This document shows, piece after piece, positions 52,456 to 60,042 of a DNA stretch of 64,000 nt. The DNA comes from Candidatus Micrarchaeaceae archaeon (GTDB taxonomy: Archaea > Micrarchaeota > Micrarchaeia > Micrarchaeales > Micrarchaeaceae): NCBI GenBank assembly GCA_050013715.1, contig JBEKES010000001.1, positions 8,889 through 72,888 on the forward strand, given 5' to 3'. Numbering within the stretch: the first letter of the stretch is position 1; each line of letters opens with the position of its first letter. The position numbers and the translations under genes were made by a program. The notes beneath the pieces were generated by a model. The model had not been told where the DNA came from and made no database searches. It saw only the letters and a program-made list of their open reading frames with translations.

Positions 52456-53625
52456 ATGACATTGCTGACAATTTTTGACAAGAGTGCTAAGAAAGCCTAT
52501 GTAATCGACCAATCATCTAAGGACATACTCAAGGGAAGCTTTTTCGGAACCATGGAAAAGGACAGGTTAATGTTGAAGATAGAGGAGCTTCTTTATTTAA
52601 TAGATGCAAGGCGCGCAAAATGCGTATCGCAGAATGACGAAGAGCTTACTTTCAATGACGTTGCGTTAGCATTTACCACAAACAAGAAGTTCATGGCAAG
52701 GTATTTCACATACAAGGACTGGAGGGACCGCGGATTGATAATAAAAGAGCCTGACAACTCTTCAAAGGAAAGCGGCAAATCACAAACACAAATTAAAAAA
52801 TATAATTCCCAGCAACTTAAGCTCAAGAATTATAATCTCAACGGAATATTCTTCACAGAGGATCTTACTACCGTAGTTGATAATGAGCAAAAGGGAAAAG
52901 AATTATACAACGATCATTGGTTTGGGCAGTACGGAACCTATAAGGTAAAAGAGCATGGGCAGCTCAACAAGCTTGACATTTACGAGACGTTATTCCTGAT
53001 AAACAACAACGTATTAAAAGTTTCAAACTTCACAAAAAAGCAAATAATTGAAATCGCAAGCAAAAGGCGCTCTGACTTCTACAAGCTTTATGAAGTTTAC
53101 GAAGACTGGAGAATCAAAGGATATGTGATAAAAACAGGATTCAAATTTGGAACGCATTTCAGGGTGTATTTTCCAGGAGCGCAGCCGAACAAGACAGACA
53201 ACTCATGGATACACTCAATGCATGTCATACATGTATTTCCAAGAGACACAAAATTGCTCATATCGGAATGGGCGCGTGTAATAAGAGTGGCACATTCCGT
53301 AAGAAAGACATTCATACTTGCAATACCTGGAAAGACAAGAAAGAAAAGGCTAGCAATTGATTTTGTTCTTTATCATAGGAAGAACAACGAGATAGAAAAC
53401 CCCGATAAGATAAAGCCACGATTTGGAATGCTTTCACTGAGCGAAGAGGAATATCTTGGGGGAAGTGAATTATCTGCCATAATAAATGAGGCGAAATCAA
53501 ACAGGCAAGAGTTAATAATCGCAATAGCTGACAGGGAAACTGCTGTTACCTATTACAAGGTAAAAAGAATAGAACTTCAGGGCAGCGATTATGAATACTA
53601 TGAAATAGACTGGCTGCAGCCTTAA
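52456..53625 (+). CDS. endA: tRNA-splicing endonuclease, long multi-unit form (389 aa)
   Basis: The catalytic unit reads GFKFGTHFRVY...HSMHVIHV...AHSVRKTF (Tyr/His/Lys). The pre-catalytic motif is duplicated as YFTYKDWRDRGLIIK (aa 83-97) and YEVYEDWRIKGYVIK (aa 212-226), and there is an extra ~90-aa C-terminal unit. Confidence 0.88.
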   Translation: MTLLTIFDKSAKKAYVIDQSSKDILKGSFFGTMEKDRLMLKIEELLYLIDARRAKCVSQNDEELTFNDVALAFTTNKKFMARYFTYKDWRDRGLIIKEPDNSSKESGKSQTQIKKYNSQQLKLKNYNLNGIFFTEDLTTVVDNEQKGKELYNDHWFGQYGTYKVKEHGQLNKLDIYETLFLINNNVLKVSNFTKKQIIEIASKRRSDFYKLYEVYEDWRIKGYVIKTGFKFGTHFRVYFPGAQPNKTDNSWIHSMHVIHVFPRDTKLLISEWARVIRVAHSVRKTFILAIPGKTRKKRLAIDFVLYHRKNNEIENPDKIKPRFGMLSLSEEEYLGGSELSAIINEAKSNRQELIIAIADRETAVTYYKVKRIELQGSDYEYYEIDWLQP

Positions 53626-54509
53626 TAGTCATACAACTCTATCTTTGCTTTAAATGTCTCTTTATCTCCTTTACGCATGAGTTTTCTGTAATCATCACGT
53701 TTTAAAATATTAACACCACCTCCTCTTTTTCCCTTTGAAAGCGAGACATTGCTTATCGGTTCTAATCCAAGAAGGCCATCTCCACTATTCCATACCTGAA
53801 TTCCCCAGGGAAAATCGTGCTCAAGCGACAGCCTAAAATCACAAGTACTATAATACATTATATTTGCATTTTTGTAAAGCTGCACGTCTCCGTTTTGTGT
53901 TCTTATATCCTCAAGATGTGCTGCATATACAATGGAATTATGTCTAGGACCGCCAAAACTATCAATCGAAGCACCTTCATATGCCTTAAATGTCGGGTGC
54001 CATCCTACAGCATAGGGCAAAACATCATCGGATCTGTTTTCTATTTCTAATGTGAAAAAAAGCTGGCTTCTGCCCTCATCATTATCATCTATGCAATAAG
54101 TTTTTGTTAATTTATAGGATAAAGGAAAAACAGAAATCATACTCTTTCCTGGCACTCCAGTAAATGCATCATATGTTTGTGTTGCCACAACCTGCGTGTC
54201 AGTTGCACTTTCTATATCCCAGTGCACATGCCTCGCGATACCGTGTTTTCCCATGGTAAAACGCCGATCTCCTAAAACGAGACTATCTTTGATTCCTTTA
54301 TCGTCAATTGCCTGTCCCACGATGGGAAACATTACGAATTCACTAAATTTACGCCCCTCTTTTGGACGAAGCTCAGCTGGTGCTCCTCCTTCCCACATGA
54401 CATTCAAATCAGATCTTGCAAAAGAAAATAACTCTCCTGTTTCACTGTTTATCGCTGCGCTTGTGTATCTCTTGCCTAAATTAATAACGGAACTCTTTTC
54501 AGCCAACAT
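53622..54509 (-). CDS. Aldose 1-epimerase (galactose mutarotase)-like protein
   Basis: FPIVGQ, GKHGIARHVHW and AVGWHPTF resemble the mutarotase-fold signatures. Confidence 0.55.
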   Translation of the reverse strand: MLAEKSSVINLGKRYTSAAINSETGELFSFARSDLNVMWEGGAPAELRPKEGRKFSEFVMFPIVGQAIDDKGIKDSLVLGDRRFTMGKHGIARHVHWDIESATDTQVVATQTYDAFTGVPGKSMISVFPLSYKLTKTYCIDDNDEGRSQLFFTLEIENRSDDVLPYAVGWHPTFKAYEGASIDSFGGPRHNSIVYAAHLEDIRTQNGDVQLYKNANIMYYSTCDFRLSLEHDFPWGIQVWNSGDGLLGLEPISNVSLSKGKRGGGVNILKRDDYRKLMRKGDKETFKAKIELYDY

Positions 54510-54600
54510 CTACTTCGAAAGTAATCTATTGTGGGAAATACTTATAAGTTCCCATTAGCACAGCAAAAGCACAGTTTTATAAAATATTACGTAAATTATA

Positions 54601-55275
54601 TTGCTATACTATTGTGATCGATTGCCGCAAAATCAGGATTTGTATTCAAAATACGGTGCAAAACTGTTTGTTGTTTCGGTAATTATCTTCATTGCAGCTA
54701 TGGTAATAGCCCAAAGCAGCTACCCCTGCATGAAATCCGTATGCTACAACATTGGAACCAATCCGATAAGTGATCTGGGAAACACACTAACATCTCCAGC
54801 GTGGCCAATATTCAATTATGGGTTAATAATTTTCGGAACACTACTTTTTGCAGGATTGCTGTTTCTGAAAGACACCTTTCCAAAAGGTGTTATGGGCAGA
54901 GCAGGACTTATCTTCCTTATACTAAGCGCATTCGGTGCAATGGGTGTAGGCACTGTGCCTGAAAACACAATACTTGCAATACATTCGTTGTTTGCTTTGA
55001 TTTCATTCATGGCAGGAGGCCTTGGCGTATTATTGATCGGATTGTCAATCAAATCAGGCAATAAATTAAATGTCTATAAAGCATACACAATAATCTCTGG
55101 AATTATAACCCTAGTGGTGCTTCTGGTTTTCACATTGCCATTGGGTTTGGGTCCTTTCAAAACATCCGGAAGCGGATTCGGCTTTGGAGGAATAGAGCGA
55201 ACAGTAGTTGGTCCAGTAGTATTATGGGTATTTCTAACTGGCATAATGCTTTTAACAAAGCGCAAGCTCTACTGA
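54601..55275 (+). CDS. Multi-TM membrane protein (DUF998-like?), TTG start
   Basis: Six or so hydrophobic segments. The family assignment is tentative. Confidence 0.4.
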   Translation: MLYYCDRLPQNQDLYSKYGAKLFVVSVIIFIAAMVIAQSSYPCMKSVCYNIGTNPISDLGNTLTSPAWPIFNYGLIIFGTLLFAGLLFLKDTFPKGVMGRAGLIFLILSAFGAMGVGTVPENTILAIHSLFALISFMAGGLGVLLIGLSIKSGNKLNVYKAYTIISGIITLVVLLVFTLPLGLGPFKTSGSGFGFGGIERTVVGPVVLWVFLTGIMLLTKRKLY

Positions 55276-55289
55276 ATGATATAAGTATT

Positions 55290-55397
55290 CGGGTCCAGGG
55301 GGAATTTCCAAGCTTTTGATTGAATTCAAAAACCTATTTGAACCCCCGACCTACTGGTTAAGAGCCAGCCGCTCTGACCATGCTGAGCTATGGACCC
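55290..55397 (-). tRNA. tRNA-Lys (CUU) with a 33-nt intron in the T-loop (position 59/60)
   Basis: Hand fold: GGGTCCA TA GCTC AGCATGGTCA GAGC G GCTGG CTCTTAA CCAGT AGGTC GGGGG TTCAAA[33 nt]T CCCCC TGGACCC G. The mature tRNA is 75 nt. The intron forms a 10-bp hairpin flanked by 3-nt bulges. Confidence 0.8.
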
Positions 55398-55440
55398 AAA
55401 CAGAATAAATTATGTACAATAAGATTAATATAATAGTAAA

Positions 55441-56565
55441 TCATTCAACAAATTTCTTAACAATAGAATTAAGCTTGTTTACGTTATCCTTGTCGCATGC
55501 GACGATCAATCTTTTCGAGTTTGAAAGCACATCGATCAGCGTCTTGACAAAGGGCGAAACTTCTGTGAGCTTTCCCACAAAATTCTTGTCAGAATCAACG
55601 ATATCAAGATTGTCCTTATTACCTCCAAAATTAGATACGTTAACTATAAAGTCTTCTCTTGCGAATCCCGCTTTAATTATCTCATCTTCAAGCTTTTTCA
55701 CTTCAATATCTTTTTTTATCATTTCGTTGTATGCCCTTTTGAACAAATCTCTCTTCATTACCCTGTTTACAAGATTCACTGCTATTTCTGCATCGGAGTT
55801 TGCTATCTTGTATACTAATTCCTCATCATAAAGCATGGAGAGCTCCTGTGCATCAAAAACATTCTTTTCCAGCGCAAATTCTATCGCATTTACAAGCATT
55901 TTGTTCGCTATTGTTTTTGCATGGTGCGCGTATACGTTATAGTACATAAAATACCTTGCAATCAGCAGCGATTCTGCGCCTGAAATGCCCTCTTCAGATA
56001 TCGCAACCTTGTTTTTGTATAAAACCAATCTTGATTTAATGCGCTCGCTGTCTATTATGCCATAGGCAACGCCAGTATAGTGAGAATCTCTCATAAGATA
56101 ATCAATCCTGTCAGAGCCAAGGGGGCCTCCAACAACATCTATCTTATCAGCTTCCTTGAAGTAGCTCATTATTTTGGTGAATGATAATCCTGAATCGGAA
56201 ATTATGTCCTTGATTTCAGAATCTTTTATTATGTCTTCTCCTATCTGCTCATGCGTTTTGTTGAGATGCTTTTTTATTACACTCTCGCTTAAATGGGAGA
56301 ACGGCCCATGGCCTATGTCATGAAGCAATCCGATGTAGGAAAATTCTTTAACGTAATCATCATATATGTTGGAAACCAGTTCCCTGGTCAAGCGCATCGT
56401 TCCGAGCGAATGCTCGAATCTCGTGTGGTTTGCTCCCGGGAATATTAGATGAGTAACATCAAGCTGCCTTATGTACCTAAGCCGCTGCATCTCCACAGTA
56501 TTGATTATTTTTGCTTCAGTCTCATCCAGTTGAATATTTCCATGTATTGGATCTCTTATCTCCAA
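55441..56565 (-). CDS. HD-domain phosphohydrolase (dNTP triphosphohydrolase-like)
   Basis: HTRFEHSLGT, GLLHDIGHGPFSH and DRIDYLMRD. Confidence 0.85.
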   Translation of the reverse strand: MEIRDPIHGNIQLDETEAKIINTVEMQRLRYIRQLDVTHLIFPGANHTRFEHSLGTMRLTRELVSNIYDDYVKEFSYIGLLHDIGHGPFSHLSESVIKKHLNKTHEQIGEDIIKDSEIKDIISDSGLSFTKIMSYFKEADKIDVVGGPLGSDRIDYLMRDSHYTGVAYGIIDSERIKSRLVLYKNKVAISEEGISGAESLLIARYFMYYNVYAHHAKTIANKMLVNAIEFALEKNVFDAQELSMLYDEELVYKIANSDAEIAVNLVNRVMKRDLFKRAYNEMIKKDIEVKKLEDEIIKAGFAREDFIVNVSNFGGNKDNLDIVDSDKNFVGKLTEVSPFVKTLIDVLSNSKRLIVACDKDNVNKLNSIVKKFVE

Positions 56566-56569
56566 AAAC

Positions 56570-56968
56570 TCACAATTTCTTTTCGTATATGAAAAATATG
56601 AACATGATTACAGTAAGAGCAATCAGGACGTCAAGAACTCCGCAGTAGATACAAATGTTCTTGATTATTATCTGAGCGGTAATGGAGTAAAGGATTCCGC
56701 CAACTCCCAGTATGAGCCAGATGTTCCTTATTATCTTGTTTGGCTTGTAGAAAAATATAAACATCATCACCAAAAACCAAACGAGTCCAAGAATGGCCAG
56801 GGGAATGCCCAGAACATCAGAGAACGCACTGGTAAGTACGTTATGGCAGTTTATTACTCCTGCAATTGAAGGGCAAAAAAGTGCTCCCGGATGGAAATGA
56901 ACTATTGTAAGGTAAATCGAATCAATAATTCCTAAAATCAAAAGCACGAATACGATTTTCTGTCTCAT
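56570..56968 (-). CDS. VKOR-family (vitamin K epoxide reductase-like) membrane oxidoreductase
   Basis: Four TM segments, the loop Cys pair CPSIAGVINC, SAFSDVLGIPLAILG, and CIYC in the last TM. Confidence 0.65.
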   Translation of the reverse strand: MRQKIVFVLLILGIIDSIYLTIVHFHPGALFCPSIAGVINCHNVLTSAFSDVLGIPLAILGLVWFLVMMFIFFYKPNKIIRNIWLILGVGGILYSITAQIIIKNICIYCGVLDVLIALTVIMFIFFIYEKKL

Positions 56969-58299
56969 TTTTTCAATCCATTAACAAAATTCTTTATTAT
57001 GTTATCAAATTCGCTTGAATTTGGCTTAAGTTCATAATTCACCTGCACTATCGGCTTGTTTACATTTATTAAATTTCTTAGGTTTGTAGGTGTTGCAGAA
57101 ACTATCACATCACAATCAGCATTGTTGACGCTGGTTTCCAGGTCTTTTATCTGCTTTGGACTGTAGCCAATGGCTGGCATTTCCAAGTCTAATTTTGGAT
57201 ACTTATCAAACATTTTCTTTATTTCACCAACAGCATAGTCCTTTGCCCTTACTATCTCCTTTGCACCGTATTCCTTAGCTGCGACCATGCCTGCTCCGAG
57301 CCTCATTCCTCCGTGGGTTATTGTTGGCCCATCCTCTATTACCAAAACGCGCTTCCCTTTTATCAATTTAGGATTATCTGGTATTACAATGGAATCTGCA
57401 TATACGACTTTTGCGTTTTTGTTTAACTCTTTGATATTTTTCTCAAGAAGCCTTAATTCTTCTTTGGTTGCAGAATTGACCTTGTTTATGATTATTACAT
57501 CTGCCATGCGCGCAACTGTAGCTCCGGGATAGTAATTCAATTCATTGCCTGCACGGAGCGGATCCGTAACTGCGATGGACAAATCCGGTCTGTAGAAAGA
57601 AGTATCGTTGTTACCTCCATCCCATATTATCAAGTCAGATTCACTTTCTGCTTGGTGTAGTATCTTTTCATAGTCAACTCCAGCATAAACGATAAACCTA
57701 TTTCTTATATGCGGTTCGTAATCTTCGCGTTCTTCTATTGTTGTTTTGTATTTGTCCAGGTCTTTCATCGTTGCAAATCTTTCAACTGCCTGGTCCTTTA
57801 GTATTCCATAGGGCATCGGATGTCTTATAACGACAATTTTCAGCCCTAGATCCCTAAGCAATCTGGAAACATATCTTGCGGTTTGGCTTTTTCCGCTGCC
57901 TGTCCTTACTGCGCAAATGGAAATTATCGGTTTTGAAGACTTAAGCATTGTTCTTTCAGGTGCAATGAGCCAGAAATCTGCCCCATTCGCATTGCATAGG
58001 CTTGCCTTTTCCATTACTGTGTCGTAGGGAAGATCGCTATAGGCCATTATGCAAATGTCTACCTTGAATTTCTTTATTAGCCAAGGAAGCTCTGATTCAT
58101 CATATATCTTTATTCCGTTAGGGTAAAGCTTTCCGCTCAATTCCTTCGGATACATCCTATCTGATATGTAGGGTATCTGCGCTGCTGTGAATGCAACTAC
58201 CTCATAGGATGGATCTGCCCTGAAAAGAACGTTGTAGTCATGGAAATCGCGACCCGCTGCTCCGATTATTATAACTTTTTTCTTATCCACAAAACTCAT
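56965..58299 (-). CDS. COG2403-type P-loop protein (cyclic 2,3-diphosphoglycerate synthetase-like / predicted GTPase)
   Basis: VIIIGAAGRDFHDYN N-terminus and the P-loop VRTGSGKSQTARYV. The 444-aa length fits. Family assignment is from memory. Confidence 0.65.
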   Translation of the reverse strand: MSFVDKKKVIIIGAAGRDFHDYNVLFRADPSYEVVAFTAAQIPYISDRMYPKELSGKLYPNGIKIYDESELPWLIKKFKVDICIMAYSDLPYDTVMEKASLCNANGADFWLIAPERTMLKSSKPIISICAVRTGSGKSQTARYVSRLLRDLGLKIVVIRHPMPYGILKDQAVERFATMKDLDKYKTTIEEREDYEPHIRNRFIVYAGVDYEKILHQAESESDLIIWDGGNNDTSFYRPDLSIAVTDPLRAGNELNYYPGATVARMADVIIINKVNSATKEELRLLEKNIKELNKNAKVVYADSIVIPDNPKLIKGKRVLVIEDGPTITHGGMRLGAGMVAAKEYGAKEIVRAKDYAVGEIKKMFDKYPKLDLEMPAIGYSPKQIKDLETSVNNADCDVIVSATPTNLRNLINVNKPIVQVNYELKPNSSEFDNIIKNFVNGLKK

Positions 58300-58301
58300 C
58301 T

Positions 58302-59372
58302 CTAATATAATGCTTTGATTCCTTCGTATCTAAATACTTTTGGTGGCTTTCCAAACATTTTTATTTTTGCATGGCAGTTTTTGCATTTGTTGTCCTTGTC
58401 AAGTGCCCATTCATTTATATAAAAACCTAATCTTTTTATTACAACATTATTGCATGATGGACAGTATGTGCTTTCGTAAGCATTTCCAGGAACATTCCCA
58501 ACATAGGCATAGTTCAACCCGTTCTTTTTCGCAATTTTATAATGTGATTCAAGCGTTTTATAATCTGTTTCAACTGAATCAAGCATCTTGTAATCCGGAT
58601 GGAATCTTGTAAACTGAATTGGAACATCTGCACCGAGGTTTTCAACTATCCAGTTTGTCAATTTATCGCACGCGTCCAATGATTCGCCGACTTTCGGAAT
58701 TATAAGATCTGTAATCTCTAAATGCACTCCTGCATTCTTTAGCATTACAAGGCTTTCTTTTACCGGCTCATTTGAAAGTACTGTTTCATACTTGTTTGAA
58801 AATTTCTCATCTCCATTGCCCTTGAAATTTATTACCGCTGCATCTATCTTTCCAGTCATTTCTTTTACTGTTTCTTCTGTCATGTACCCGTTCGTAACAA
58901 AAAGATTATAAAGCCCTTTTTTGTGTGCTATTTTTGCAACATCAATTGCATACTCGATGAATATCGTGGGCTCATTATAGGTATAGGCGATGCTTTGCGC
59001 GTTGTTTTTAATCGCAAGATCTACAACCTCTTCAGGGTCAAGATCAACTCCGTTTATTTCCCTATCTCTTGATATATTATGATTCTGGCAGAAAAGACAT
59101 CCCCAATTACATGAGGAAGTTCCAATTCCGAATACGTAGCTTCCTGGCATGAAATGGTTGAATGGTTTCTTTTCTATTGGATCTACTTGCATCGCTTCAA
59201 GAGTTCCGTAATTTATAAGATGCAACTTGCCTCCTATGTTCTTCCTAACAAAGCAAAATCCTGCAGAATTTTCAGGTATTCTGCATTTTCTGGCGCAGGC
59301 AGTGCATTCTACTTTTTTATCGCTCAATCTATTCCACAGCCGTGCTACCCTGTCCATAATATGGTATTGCAT
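58302..59372 (-). CDS. AmmeMemoRadiSam-type radical SAM enzyme (PFL-activase-like)
   Basis: N-terminal CTACARKCRIPENSAGFC cluster and the radical SAM CNWGCLFCQN. The C-terminus carries CPSCN...CKNC. Confidence 0.8.
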   Translation of the reverse strand: MQYHIMDRVARLWNRLSDKKVECTACARKCRIPENSAGFCFVRKNIGGKLHLINYGTLEAMQVDPIEKKPFNHFMPGSYVFGIGTSSCNWGCLFCQNHNISRDREINGVDLDPEEVVDLAIKNNAQSIAYTYNEPTIFIEYAIDVAKIAHKKGLYNLFVTNGYMTEETVKEMTGKIDAAVINFKGNGDEKFSNKYETVLSNEPVKESLVMLKNAGVHLEITDLIIPKVGESLDACDKLTNWIVENLGADVPIQFTRFHPDYKMLDSVETDYKTLESHYKIAKKNGLNYAYVGNVPGNAYESTYCPSCNNVVIKRLGFYINEWALDKDNKCKNCHAKIKMFGKPPKVFRYEGIKALY

Positions 59373-59475
59373 TTCGGAATATTTATTAGTTCTGAATCAA
59401 TACGTACAGAACTAAATCAATAAAAATGTAAAAATAAAGTAAAGAAAAATTTAACTAATAACTGAAGGATTCCAA

Positions 59476-59739
59476 TTATGCCTTTTTCGCATCTAATTCG
59501 GGATGCAATCCTCTTAGAAATTCAGCAGGATCATCTACAATCGAAAAACTATTTATATCCTCTTTATTTCCTTTATTTGGACCGGTAATATATTTTACGG
59601 TTACATCTTCTATACTCTCTGCATGTGGGCCATAACGCACTAATTCAGCAAAGTCAAAATCACCGTCTCTGCTTTGTACCAAAACCAATCTGCTTTCTAA
59701 CTGGGTTCTTGATAAAACCTTCAATGTTCCTTTAATCAC
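59476..59739 (-). CDS. Hypothetical protein (87 aa from GTG). A better RBS/ATG lies 48 nt upstream but is separated by an in-frame TGA.
   Basis: The ORF is as listed. GTGATAATATG at 59785-59795 is in the same frame, with TGA at 59758-59760. Confidence 0.45.
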   Translation of the reverse strand: MIKGTLKVLSRTQLESRLVLVQSRDGDFDFAELVRYGPHAESIEDVTVKYITGPNKGNKEDINSFSIVDDPAEFLRGLHPELDAKKA

Positions 59740-60042
59740 TCTATCTGCTAATTCTTTTCATCCATTATCTGCTGATTTTATTGTCATATTATCACATAAA
59801 CTTTTTATCCAATATAATATATATAGATTTCTAGGAGCGTAATTAAACTAAACTCCATCAATTAATCTAAAATATACTGTTTATAGAGCAAAAAATTATC
59901 TAAATTAGGAAAATTAATATACTTTTGGGTCTCTAAAAAAAGGCCCGAAAATAAGGTATTTTTACGCTAAAATATCTCAACATAGAAAGGGTTTTAAAGT
60001 TAAAAAACAGAGTAATTATATCTAATTTGGCTACTGGTTGTA

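Noticed and set aside
59758-59760. TGA reassignment (an alternative genetic code) as the explanation for the in-frame TGA.
   Set aside because: Conserved genes in the same window terminate at TGA at their expected ends (polB 7720-7722, uL3 38399-38401, dph5 52453-52455, gyrB 61960-61962). TGA therefore functions as a stop here.
59788-60042. The AT-rich 255-nt region upstream of gyrB as a replication origin.
   Set aside because: No repeated ORB-like elements and no adjacent orc1/cdc6 gene are present. The AT-richness is explained by two divergent promoters.
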